From the NCBI RefSeq assembly GCF_000737315.1, contig NZ_JMCB01000022.1, positions 157,106-221,105 of the forward strand: a stretch of 64,000 bases of DNA, read 5' to 3'. Source of the DNA: Hyalangium minutum. GTDB taxonomy: Bacteria; Myxococcota; Myxococcia; Myxococcales; Myxococcaceae. Each line of letters begins with the position of its first letter. Position 1 is the stretch's first letter. This document shows, piece after piece, positions 1 to 8,894 of this stretch. The notes beneath the pieces are model-generated. The model saw only the letters and a list, made by a program, of their open reading frames with translations. It had not been told where the DNA came from and ran no database searches. Made by a program: the position numbers and the translations under genes.

Positions 1-393
1 CCCCAGCTCCTCGAAGAGGTCCTCCGCTTCGAGCCCCCCGGCCACTCCAGCCTCCGTCTCGTCACCGAGGACACGGTGCTCTCCGGAGTGCACCTGCCGC
101 GCGGCTCCATCGTCCTGGTCCTGCTCGCCTCCGCCCTCAGAGACGAGCGCCACTTCCCCCAGGCCGGGCAGTTCCTCATGGAGCGCGAGCGCGCGTCCCA
201 CCTCGCCTTCGGCCACGGCATCCACTATTGCCTGGGAGCGCTGCTCGCCCGCCTGGAGGCACGCCTTGGCTTGGAGGCCCTCTTCTCCCGGCTCCAGGAC
301 TTCTCCCGCGCCAGCCCCGAGCTCCACTGGTCGCCCTCATTGATTGCCCGGGGCCCCCTCGTCCTGCCGCTTCAGCTCATCCCCCGCAGGTGA
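1..393 (+). CDS. Cytochrome P450, C-terminal part (5' end outside window)
   Basis: Frame 1 is open from base 1: EEVLR (ExxR motif), then heme-binding FGHGIHYCLG; stop at 391-393. Confidence 0.93.
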   Translation, partial: PQLLEEVLRFEPPGHSSLRLVTEDTVLSGVHLPRGSIVLVLLASALRDERHFPQAGQFLMERERASHLAFGHGIHYCLGALLARLEARLGLEALFSRLQDFSRASPELHWSPSLIARGPLVLPLQLIPRR

Positions 394-662
394 CCCACAC
401 GGTCCGAATCCGTCCCCCACTCAACACGTTGAGCCGGCGCCACCAGCCCTTGCGCCCCTCCTCTGTTCACCACCCGGCGCGCGAGTGCCCTCCAGCGGGT
501 CGGTCTAGCTCTCACTCAGTCGTACAAGACCAAAGAACCAGACATTTACATTAACTCTCTGGAACTTTAGGCTTGATTCGCCGGTTCGAAGTGCAAATAC
601 ATGGGCCCGCGAATTTTCGCCCCCGGGCCAGACAGGCGACGGGGGTCGCATGGAGGCACACA

Positions 663-2102
663 ATGGAGACGAAGGGGCTGCGCGACTTCCTCGAGATTCC
701 GTACGACGAGCTGGAGGTGATGAACCTCCGCGTCAAGGAGCAGCGCCTGCGGCGCGAGTCTCCGGACAAGCTCCGCGAGGAGCGCATCAAGTACCTCACG
801 GATGAGAAGCGCATCAAGGCGGTCACCGTGGCCTTCACGGACCTGGAGGGCCGCCTCCACATGCTGGACTACGACAAGAAGTTCCTCCTCAAGAGCTCGG
901 ACAACCTCACGTTCGACGGCTCTTCCATCCGCGGCTTCTCCGCCCAGGCCGAGAGCGACCTTCGCCTTTCGCTCGACTGGGCCTCGTTCTACTGGCTACC
1001 GGCCGACATCTTCGGCCCCGGCAAGGTGCTGATGTTCAGCGAGGTGCTCGAGCGCGACGGCACCCCGTACCACTCGGACATGCGCGGCCTGCTCAAGCGC
1101 ATCACCGATCAGATGTACGCCAAGGACGGCACCGTGTTCCACGCGGCGCCCGAAATCGAGGGCTTCCTCTTCAAGGGCCGCGACGCCGAGCGCCACTACC
1201 ACGAGACGGAGCACTTCGAGTTCATCTCCACCGGCGGCTACTACCACTCGCTGCCGGGTGACAAGCTGCGCGCCTTCATCGACAAGGCCGCCGAGGCCCA
1301 GCGCGCCATGGGCTTCCAGAACGAGAAGGATCACCCCGAGGTGGCGCCCAGCCAGTTCGAGATGAACTTCTCCTACAGCGAGGCGCTCATCGCGGCAGAT
1401 CAGATCCAGCTCTACAAGCTGCTCTGTCGCCAGGTGGCCGCGGAGATGGACCTGACGGCCAGCTTCCTGCCCAAGCCCATGACGGGCATCAACGGCAACG
1501 GCATGCACATGAACATGTCGCTGTCCAAGGGCGGCAAGAACCTGTTCTACGACAAGGGCGGCCAGGACGGCCTCAGCCAGATGGGCTGGGACTTCCTCGA
1601 CCGCATCCTCAACAACGCCAACGACATCTGCTTGGTGCTCAACTCCAGCGTGAACGCGTACCGCCGCCTGGACCCGCACTTCGAGGCGCCCAACCAGATC
1701 AAGGCCAGCCCGAACAACCGCGGCGCCATGGTCCGCATCCCGTTCGGCAACGAGCGCAGCGCGCGCATCGAGTGCCGCTCGGTGGCCCCGGACTCCAACC
1801 CGTACATGGTGCTCTTCACGCTGCTGAAGACCGGCCTGGAGGGCCCGCAGCCGCAGGAGGACGCGGAGACCAAGCGCAGCCGCACCCGCTTCCTGCCGGA
1901 CAACATCTTCGACGCCATCCGCCTCTTCAAGGGCAGCCAGTTCATCGCGCAGACGCTGGGCGAGAACGTGCAGGGCAAGTTCGCCGAGCTGAAGCAGGCC
2001 TCGGCCGAGCGCTGCCCCAAGCAGCTGGGCACCCGCGTCAAGGCCGCGGAGATCCAGTTCCACCACGAAGTGACGAACCAGTACCTCTGGAGCATCTTCT
2101 AG
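663..2102 (+). CDS. glnA: Glutamine synthetase, type I
   Basis: Motifs FDGSSIRGF, HPEVAPSQFE, PKPMTGINGNGMH, NAYRRL, EAP, NRGAMVRIP, RIECR. ATG at 663 follows a GGAGG RBS (ORF track starts earlier, at 573). Confidence 0.93.
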   Translation: METKGLRDFLEIPYDELEVMNLRVKEQRLRRESPDKLREERIKYLTDEKRIKAVTVAFTDLEGRLHMLDYDKKFLLKSSDNLTFDGSSIRGFSAQAESDLRLSLDWASFYWLPADIFGPGKVLMFSEVLERDGTPYHSDMRGLLKRITDQMYAKDGTVFHAAPEIEGFLFKGRDAERHYHETEHFEFISTGGYYHSLPGDKLRAFIDKAAEAQRAMGFQNEKDHPEVAPSQFEMNFSYSEALIAADQIQLYKLLCRQVAAEMDLTASFLPKPMTGINGNGMHMNMSLSKGGKNLFYDKGGQDGLSQMGWDFLDRILNNANDICLVLNSSVNAYRRLDPHFEAPNQIKASPNNRGAMVRIPFGNERSARIECRSVAPDSNPYMVLFTLLKTGLEGPQPQEDAETKRSRTRFLPDNIFDAIRLFKGSQFIAQTLGENVQGKFAELKQASAERCPKQLGTRVKAAEIQFHHEVTNQYLWSIF

Positions 2103-2125
2103 GCCACAGGCTGAGGCCTGACTGA

Positions 2126-2175
2126 GAGGGCCGCCACTCTCCCCGCCGCCTGGGGAGGGGGCGGCCTTCCTGCTT
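2126..2175 (+). terminator. GC-rich hairpin after glnA, probable intrinsic terminator
   Basis: GGCCGCC-ACTCTCCCC ... GGGGAGGGG-GCGGCC stem followed by TTCCTGCTTT; the U-tract is weak. Confidence 0.5.
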
Positions 2176-2224
2176 TCCGGCTGGACAGAAGCTGGGGGGT
2201 CTGGTTATCGCCTCCAGAGTTCAA

Positions 2225-2728
2225 ATGAAATCCAGCTACATGAAGAGAGTGAGCAGCAGATCGGCCATGCGGACGGCCATGGCCTCGAAGAAGCGCGCCG
2301 CACCGCTGGCGCTCGCCGAGTACCAGGACAAGATCCGCACGGCGGGGCTGCGCAGCACCGCGCCTCGGGTCGCCGTGCTTCGAGAGCTGGAGGCGGCCAC
2401 CTCGCCGCTGAGCCACGCGGACCTGGTGGACTCGCTGGGGAGCCAGGGCTACGACCGCGTCACCATCTATCGGAACCTCACGGACCTGACCGAGGCCGGG
2501 CTGGTGGTGCGCGCGGACCTGGGCGACCATGTGTGGCGCTTCGAGCTGCGGCGCGCGGGCCGGGAGCACACCGGCCACCACCCGCACTTCACCTGCACCG
2601 ACTGCGGCACCGTCTCCTGCCTGCCCGAGGCATCCGTCCGCATCAGCTCCGCCAAGGGTACTCCCAAGAGCATCTCCGCGCGCGCCGTGGAGGTGCACCT
2701 GCGCGGCCTCTGCGATCACTGCGCCTGA
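2225..2728 (+). CDS. Fur-family metal-responsive transcriptional regulator (true start may be 2267 or 2279)
   Basis: GLRSTAPRVAVL, TIYRNL wHTH helix, HPHFTCTDCG and LRGLCDHC (two CxxC zinc-site motifs). Confidence 0.9.
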   Translation: MKSSYMKRVSSRSAMRTAMASKKRAAPLALAEYQDKIRTAGLRSTAPRVAVLRELEAATSPLSHADLVDSLGSQGYDRVTIYRNLTDLTEAGLVVRADLGDHVWRFELRRAGREHTGHHPHFTCTDCGTVSCLPEASVRISSAKGTPKSISARAVEVHLRGLCDHCA

Positions 2729-2817
2729 GTCCACGCGCGCACGCTCGCGCGGCCCGGTTGTCCACCCGGTGACGGGGTGGAGTTGAGCGCGGGCTGCCTT
2801 TCTGGGAGCGTGGAGCC

Positions 2818-4077
2818 ATGCGGCGCTCACGCCTCGGTTGGGCCGGGCTCATCTCGGTCCTCCTCCATGCGGCGATCCTGGCCCTGCTCTGGGAGCAGGA
2901 GCCGGTGCGCCCCACGAGCGCCCTGCCCCCGGAGACCGAGCCCCTCATTGTCGAGGTGCTCACGCCGCCTCCCGAGCCCCCAGCAGCGCCTCCCACGCCT
3001 CCGTCTCCCCCGCCCCCGCCTCCCGCCGCACCCGCCCGGCCCGAGGCGCCCCGCCCTGTCTCTCGTCCTCCCGCGGCCTCCGAGCGCCCGGCTCCGTCCT
3101 CGCCCAAGCCCACGCCCGAGGTGGCCGCCCCGGCTGCTCCGCCCCACTCCGGACCTCCCGAGGATGCGCCGCTCGTGGAGGAGCTGAAGCGCCCATCGCT
3201 CGTGCCGCCCACGCCCTCGGGAGGCTGGAGCGTGCCCGAGACGGCGGCGGAGAAGCCCCGGGGAAGGACGCTCCTCCCAGGAGACCCGAGCCTCTCCCCC
3301 GAGGTGCTCAAGGCCGAGGAGCTGGCCCGCGTCACCGAGCGCGTGCAGACGTTCGCCGAGGATGATCTCGCCACGCTCCGGGTGGAGAACGGCCTGGTGC
3401 ACCCGTACTTCAGCCAGATCCGCACCTCGCTGGCGAAGCAGATGGAGAACGCGCCGCTCTTCGATGTGCAGGGCACGGGCAAGCGGCTCGCCGAGGAGTA
3501 CCTGCGGCAGGCCCAGAGCTTCGGCGCCACCGGCAGCACCCGCCCGGGCAAGGTCCGAGGCCCGATCGGCCGCGAGCCTCCCAAAGCCTCGGAGCGGCTC
3601 GAGTCCATCTCCCGAGGCAACGCGGCGCACGACTCGATGCGCGCCTTCCTCCAGGCGGGCGAGTCCCTGCAGCAGCTCGCCCAGCCCGCGCCGGAGCTCG
3701 TCATCGTCTTGGAGCTGCAGCAGACCCCGGACGGCCAGCTGCGCTCCGTTCAGGTGGTGGAGCGCAGCGGCAACAAGGCCTTCGACGCGTACGTGCTGGA
3801 GGCGGTGCCTCCCGCGCTGGCCAAGCTCACGCCGCCTCCCGCAGAGGCGCTCGCCCGTCACCCCGAGGTCATCCGCACCCTCTGGGCCGTGGAGGGCCGC
3901 GTCATCTATCTCCGCAGAATCTCGGAGCTGAAGGGCCAGGACGCCTGGTACATCGCGAGCGCCGCGGGCCTGGGCATGCTCGCCGGCACCTTCGAGGAGA
4001 CCACCGGCGACATGTACGTGATTGACCTTCGGAACCCGAAGTTCGACTGCCGTCCCCGGCTGCTCAAAGTCTGGTGA
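2818..4077 (+). CDS. TonB/TolA-like membrane-anchored protein with Pro-rich linker
   Basis: N-terminal TM helix with ISVLLH (TonB-type SxxxH), long Pro-rich spacer, C-terminal VVERSGNKAFDAYVLEAV resembling the TonB/TolA C-terminal domain. Confidence 0.65.
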   Translation: MRRSRLGWAGLISVLLHAAILALLWEQEPVRPTSALPPETEPLIVEVLTPPPEPPAAPPTPPSPPPPPPAAPARPEAPRPVSRPPAASERPAPSSPKPTPEVAAPAAPPHSGPPEDAPLVEELKRPSLVPPTPSGGWSVPETAAEKPRGRTLLPGDPSLSPEVLKAEELARVTERVQTFAEDDLATLRVENGLVHPYFSQIRTSLAKQMENAPLFDVQGTGKRLAEEYLRQAQSFGATGSTRPGKVRGPIGREPPKASERLESISRGNAAHDSMRAFLQAGESLQQLAQPAPELVIVLELQQTPDGQLRSVQVVERSGNKAFDAYVLEAVPPALAKLTPPPAEALARHPEVIRTLWAVEGRVIYLRRISELKGQDAWYIASAAGLGMLAGTFEETTGDMYVIDLRNPKFDCRPRLLKVW

Positions 4078-4232
4078 GCAGAGCAGCGCCCGGCTGCCTG
4101 CCTGCTCTGCCTGCCTGCTCTCCGATCAGGAATCGATGGAGGAACAACACCCGGTTGGCACAGCGGAACAGGGTCCCCACCATTTCCTCCGAAGTTCATT
4201 CACTCCGTTCATGGGGATAAGGGGATACGGGA

Positions 4233-4958
4233 ATGAAGAAGCTTATTGCGGCGCTGGCCATCTGCGTGGGTACCGCGGCCTTTGCGAACGACACGACGGC
4301 CACCGACAAGGTTCAGAAGGCCGAGCAGAAGCAGGCGGAGAAGAAGCGCGACGCCAGCCAGGTGTTCACGCAGAAACCCGGCGACTCCATCAAGGAGTCC
4401 CAACGGGATGCCGAGGAGGGCGTTGACGCGACCCAGGTGGGTCCGAAGATCGCCAAGACGGCCAAGGATGTGACGGGCATCCAGACCGAGAGCGAGGGCA
4501 CCTTCAAGACCGCCCAGGCCTTCACCCTGACGGGCAAGCTCAAGGACAAGACCCTCGAGGGCGTGACCATCGAGCGCCCGGGCCTGCCGGCCGCGGACCT
4601 GGACATCCGCGACAAGACGGCGCTGTGGCTGGACGGCAAGAAGGTGGACAAGGACGCGCTGCCTGAGGGCGCCCAGGTTCGCGCCAAGTTCCAGCTCGAG
4701 GGCCAGGACATCGTCGCGGTGGAGCTGCGTGCCACCAGCATGAAGGCCACCACCAAGAAGCCGGTCGACAAGTCGATGAAGAGCAACAGCATCAACAACG
4801 ACTCGATGATGCACGACAACACCGGTGGCTCCGGCACGGTGCGCGATGACCTCCACGAGGCGGGTCAGGACATCAAGAGCGGCGCCACCGAGATGAAGAA
4901 CGACGTGAAGGAGCAGACGAACGAGACCCGCGACGACATCAACAAGTCGCTGAAGTAG
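4233..4958 (+). CDS. Secreted hypothetical protein
   Basis: Signal peptide MKKLIAALAICVGTAAFA, strong GC3 codon bias, charged C-terminal tail, terminator downstream. Confidence 0.8.
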   Translation: MKKLIAALAICVGTAAFANDTTATDKVQKAEQKQAEKKRDASQVFTQKPGDSIKESQRDAEEGVDATQVGPKIAKTAKDVTGIQTESEGTFKTAQAFTLTGKLKDKTLEGVTIERPGLPAADLDIRDKTALWLDGKKVDKDALPEGAQVRAKFQLEGQDIVAVELRATSMKATTKKPVDKSMKSNSINNDSMMHDNTGGSGTVRDDLHEAGQDIKSGATEMKNDVKEQTNETRDDINKSLK

Positions 4959-4981
4959 TTCCACTTCGGGTTTCAAACGCT

Positions 4982-5023
4982 CGGGCCCGCTTCCCTCACT
5001 GGGGAGCGGGCCCGGGTGTTTTT
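4982..5023 (+). terminator. Rho-independent terminator
   Basis: 14-bp stem CGGGCCCGCTTCCC / GGGGAGCGGGCCCG (one G-U pair), 5-nt loop, followed by GGTGTTTTT. Confidence 0.8.
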
Positions 5024-5089
5024 GGGAAAATCCCTTCCCTCCCTGAGGTCTCACCCACCCTCACCGGCCCCACAATCCCTGCCGGAAGC

Positions 5090-5106
5090 CCGGTACGGCG
5101 TTTGCT
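5090..5106 (+). promoter_or_regulatory. Putative sigma54 (-24/-12) promoter
   Basis: CCGGTACGGCGTTTGCT has GG-N10-GC spacing (GG 5092-93, GC 5104-05) and resembles YTGGCACGNNNNTTGCW; it lies about 30 nt before the GTG at 5137, with a GAGGAGG RBS between. Confidence 0.5.
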
Positions 5107-5136
5107 CCTGATCCTCGGCCGAGGAGGCAAGAGAAC

Positions 5137-6612
5137 GTGAGACGGAGACTGGTGGCGGCGTGTGCGGTGATGGTGATGGCGGTGGCGTGGGCCTGCGGCG
5201 GCTCGAGCACAGGGGCCACGCCTCCCGAAGAGATTCGGCGCGAGACTCCTGTGCCGGACGCGGGCAACCCGCCGGGCAACCCAGACGCGGGCAACCCGGA
5301 CGCGGGCAACCCGCCGGGCAACCCAGACGCGGGCAATCCGCCGGACAATCCCGACGCAGGCAACCCGCCGGATGCAGGCACTCCGCCCCAGGCTGGGCCG
5401 GGGCCGTGGCCGAACGAGCCCGTGGTCAACTACACCCAGCGCTACAACCTGGGCCGCGTACGCTCGATGGGCGTGGATGACGCGTACAACCTCTGGCTGC
5501 TGGACGGCGAGCGCATCGGTGTGCTGCGGCCGGGCGACACCCAGCCCCGGTGGGTGAGCAACATCGGCCAGGCGCGCGACGGCTTCGGGCCGGACAAGCT
5601 GGCGCTGGGCTCCACCGTGATTTGCGGTGGCAGCGCGGGCCGCGCCTACGTGGGCTACATGGCCGACACGCTGCCCGACGCGTTCATCTACAGCCCGGAT
5701 GGGCGCTCGTTCCCCAACTACGATGATCCAGACGAGAGCCGGTTCGACCCGCTGATGTACGCGGAGTATCAGAAGGGCGACATGGACGCGGTGCGGCTCA
5801 CCGCGGACGGCACCATCGAGCTGGAGGAGCACCTGCAGCGCTCGGCGCGTCCCAACGGCCCGCAGGACGTCGGCATCCGCAACACGAACGATCACCACTT
5901 CGACGAGGACCGCTCGGTGCTCACGTGCACCAAGGTGATGCGCGGGCAGTTCAAGGGCGAGGTGTATATCGGCACCAACCACGGGGTGACGCGCATCCGG
6001 GGGCTCGTCTACAACAGCCACCGGCACCCGGTGTGGTTCCGGTATGACGTGGACGAGCGCGGCCGCGAGCGCAAGACGCAGATGGCCGGCCTCTCGTACG
6101 CGCTGGGCATCGGCCAGAACGGCGAGGTGCTCATCGGCAACGACTGGAACCTGGGCGTGGTGGTGCCGACTCCCGACCTGGCGTGGTGGGACGACACGGA
6201 CCAGACCGTGAACCCGGAGCTGCTCAACAGCTACCTGCCCGAGGTGAACAGCCTGGAGGACAAGGACTACTGGCGCGGCGTGCAGCAGACGAAGGACGGG
6301 AGCTTCTACGCGGCCAGCAAGGACTTCGGCCTGTGGAAGTTCACCATCCGCGACCGCACCGAGGCGCACGCGGTGAAGATTCCGGGCCTGCCCACGGACT
6401 CGCTGCTGTCACTGGCGGCCACGGATGACGGCTCGCTCTTCATCGGCACGTCGGGCGGCGGCCTGTGGCGGCTGGATGCGCAGCAGCAGCTCAGCCAGGT
6501 GCAGGGCGTGGCGGGCAGCACCGTGAAGGAGCTCTTCTATGACCCGACGGTGACCCCGGCGATGCTCTACGTGCTCACCGACTCGGGCCTCACGGTGATT
6601 CGCGGCCACTGA
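5137..6612 (+). CDS. Lipoprotein with repetitive linker and probable beta-propeller domain
   Basis: Lipobox AWAC-GG, PDAGN repeats, C-terminal repeats typical of sensor/WD40-like propellers (GSLFIGTSGGGLWRLD). Confidence 0.75.
   Translation: MRRRLVAACAVMVMAVAWACGGSSTGATPPEEIRRETPVPDAGNPPGNPDAGNPDAGNPPGNPDAGNPPDNPDAGNPPDAGTPPQAGPGPWPNEPVVNYTQRYNLGRVRSMGVDDAYNLWLLDGERIGVLRPGDTQPRWVSNIGQARDGFGPDKLALGSTVICGGSAGRAYVGYMADTLPDAFIYSPDGRSFPNYDDPDESRFDPLMYAEYQKGDMDAVRLTADGTIELEEHLQRSARPNGPQDVGIRNTNDHHFDEDRSVLTCTKVMRGQFKGEVYIGTNHGVTRIRGLVYNSHRHPVWFRYDVDERGRERKTQMAGLSYALGIGQNGEVLIGNDWNLGVVVPTPDLAWWDDTDQTVNPELLNSYLPEVNSLEDKDYWRGVQQTKDGSFYAASKDFGLWKFTIRDRTEAHAVKIPGLPTDSLLSLAATDDGSLFIGTSGGGLWRLDAQQQLSQVQGVAGSTVKELFYDPTVTPAMLYVLTDSGLTVIRGH
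5254..5375 (+). repeat. In-frame tandem repeat encoding PDAGN(PPGN)
   Basis: 42-bp unit at 5254-5295 repeated at 5296-5337 with 41/42 identity, followed by more degenerate copies. Confidence 0.9.
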
Positions 6613-6640
6613 GCGCGGCGCGCCCCGAGGGGTGCCCTCT

Positions 6641-8638
6641 TCACAGAGGGTGCCCCTCCTCCATATAGGCGGGCAGACCCAGCGGGAGCTGCACGGTGAA
6701 GGTGGAGCCCTCGCCGGGCTGGGATTCCACCTGGATGGAGCCGCCCATCGCATCGACGATCTGCCGGGTGATGTAGAGCCCCAGGCCCAGCCCGCCGTAG
6801 TGCCGCTCGGACACGGCGCGCTCGAACTTCCCGAAGATGCGCGCCAGGTCCGCCCGCGAGATGCCGATCCCCTGATCCTTCACCGAGAGCACGGCGGTGC
6901 CCCCCTCGCGCCAAAGCGCGAGCTCCACCGGCCTGCCGCGCCCGTATCTCACCGCGTTGGACAGCAGGTTCACCACCACCTGCTCCAGCCGCAGCGGATC
7001 CCACCGCCCCACCAACGGCGTCCCCACGCCTCGAACCCGCAGCACCGCGCCCACCCGCTGGAACTCTCCCGCGAAGTCCTCCACGAGCTGGTCCACCAGC
7101 TCCGCCAGATCCACCTCCCGAAGCTCCAGGCGCAGCTGGCCCTTGGCCAGCCGCGACACGTCCAGCAGCATGGAGATGAGGCTCGCCAGCCGGCCGATCT
7201 GCCGCTCCATGGCCTCGCAGCGTGAGGCGAGCTGCGCCCCCGCTTCACCGCCGCTCCGCGCCTCCCGCCGGAGCAGCTGCAGCTGGAGGCGCAGGCTCGT
7301 GAGCGGCGTGCGCAGCTCGTGGGCCGCCACGGTGAGGAACTCATCCCGGGCCTGCACCGCCTCCTGGGTCTCCCGGAGGAGGCGGAGGCGCTCCTCCTCC
7401 GCTTTTCGGGCCTCGGTGATGTCCGTGTGCGCGCCAATCCACTCGCGGACGCTCCCGTCCGGGGCGAGCACCGGGACGGCGCGCACGTGGAAGAGCCGGT
7501 ACTCGCCGTCATGCCCCCGCACACGCTCCTCGCCCTCGAAGGACCTCTTGCGCACCACCGCCTCGCGCCACACGGCTTTCGCGTGTTCGAGGTCCTCCGG
7601 GTGGATGACCCGCTCCCAGGCCTTCTCGGAGAAGAACTCCTCCAGACTCTGGCCCGTGAAAGCGCGCCAGCTCGGCGAGTCCCCGCGCTTGTGCCCCCAC
7701 GCATCCGCCGTCCACACCATCTGCGTGGTGGCTTCCACCAGCGAGCGGAAGCGTTGCTCGCTCAGGTAGAGCGTCTGGAGCGCCTCCCGGTACTGCGTCA
7801 TGTCGAAGAAGGAGACCACCACCATCTCTGGAGGCTTGCTGCTGGAGCGGCGCACGGGCTGGGCATTGACCGAGAGCCACACCCGCGAGCCGTCGGGCAG
7901 GTCCACGCCCATGATCACGTTCCGGACGGGCTCGCCGGTGCGCAGCGCCACCATGGCCGGATGCTCCTCGCCCGGTAAGGGTGAGCCGTCCTCGTGGATG
8001 GACCTCCACCGGGAGTCCATCGACGTGAGCCCCTTCATCTGCTCCATCGAGAGACCCAGGATCCGCTCGGCGCTGGTATTGACGGTGAGGATCTCTCCCC
8101 GCTCTCCCTGGACGACAATGCCTTCTCCGAGCGCGGCGAGGATGGCTCGATAGCGGGCCTCGCTCTCCGCCAGCTCCCGGGCCGCGGTCTCGGCTTGCTC
8201 GCGCGCGAACCGCTCCCGTGCCAGCAGCTCGTCCCGCTGCCGCTCCGCGTTCTTGCGCTGGGTGATGTCCTCCACGAAGGCATACACCCCGGTGATCCGC
8301 CCTTTGTGGCGGAGCGGGTAAAAGCGGGTCACGGTGAGCACCTGTCGGCCCGGAGTGCAGAAGTCCTCGTAGAGGAGCTCGACGCCGGTGATGGGCTGCT
8401 CCGTCCGAAGCACCTCGCGCATGCACTCGACGACCTTGTGCCGGGCGGGAATGGGCGGGATGAGCTCGGTCAACCGCTTGCCCAGGTGAGCCTCTCGGGA
8501 CAGGCCATGCATGGCCGCCAGCCGGGAGTTGATCTGCAGGTAGCGCAGCTCCGTGTCGAAGAGGGCGATGCCCAGCGGGGCTCCCTCCAGCAAGCTTTCG
8601 AACATCGCGGCGTGTGGTGAAAGCTCCGGAGGGGTCAT
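6641..8638 (-). CDS. Multi-PAS sensor histidine kinase
   Basis: Three PAS-like segments, HisKA AAHELRTPL, HATPase NLLSNAVRY / DQGIGI / GLGLGLY. Confidence 0.93.
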   Translation of the reverse strand: MTPPELSPHAAMFESLLEGAPLGIALFDTELRYLQINSRLAAMHGLSREAHLGKRLTELIPPIPARHKVVECMREVLRTEQPITGVELLYEDFCTPGRQVLTVTRFYPLRHKGRITGVYAFVEDITQRKNAERQRDELLARERFAREQAETAARELAESEARYRAILAALGEGIVVQGERGEILTVNTSAERILGLSMEQMKGLTSMDSRWRSIHEDGSPLPGEEHPAMVALRTGEPVRNVIMGVDLPDGSRVWLSVNAQPVRRSSSKPPEMVVVSFFDMTQYREALQTLYLSEQRFRSLVEATTQMVWTADAWGHKRGDSPSWRAFTGQSLEEFFSEKAWERVIHPEDLEHAKAVWREAVVRKRSFEGEERVRGHDGEYRLFHVRAVPVLAPDGSVREWIGAHTDITEARKAEEERLRLLRETQEAVQARDEFLTVAAHELRTPLTSLRLQLQLLRREARSGGEAGAQLASRCEAMERQIGRLASLISMLLDVSRLAKGQLRLELREVDLAELVDQLVEDFAGEFQRVGAVLRVRGVGTPLVGRWDPLRLEQVVVNLLSNAVRYGRGRPVELALWREGGTAVLSVKDQGIGISRADLARIFGKFERAVSERHYGGLGLGLYITRQIVDAMGGSIQVESQPGEGSTFTVQLPLGLPAYMEEGHPL

Positions 8639-8672
8639 ATGAACACGCCTGCGTCAGGACGCGACGCTCCCA

Positions 8673-8688
8673 CGGCCAGCACCTTGCA
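8673..8688 (+). promoter_or_regulatory. Possible sigma54 promoter upstream of the metallophosphoesterase
   Basis: CGGCCAGCACCTTGCA has GG-N10-GC spacing and a good TTGCA -12 box; the -24 box is weak. Confidence 0.3.
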
Positions 8689-8894
8689 AGGTATTGCCCG
8701 GCAGCTAACGAGGCGAGCCTCCCGCCAGGCCCCCTTGTCGGGCGGGTAATGGAATTTCCCGACGGTTTCCGCGCTTCTTCCAAGCGGTAGCCACGGATGC
8801 TCGTGGGGCAAGCAGGTCTGTTCCCCCACCTTCATTCCCGTGGGAGGTCTTCTCTAGAATTCGCCGCTCCCCCACCGACCTCGGAAGGAACCGA

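Noticed and set aside
560-580. TGGAAC...CTTGA resembling a sigma54 promoter for glnA
   Set aside because: The spacing is one base too long and the -12 dinucleotide is GA, not GC.
394-662. Possible glutamine (glnA) riboswitch
   Set aside because: There is only a generic GC hairpin; I could not recognise the three-way junction motif. An Rfam cmscan would settle it.
4157-4175. TTGGCACA upstream of the 4233 gene as a sigma54 -24 box
   Set aside because: No TTGC at the -12 position.
5254-5375. Repeat array considered as CRISPR
   Set aside because: In-frame coding repeats with no unique spacers and no cas genes.
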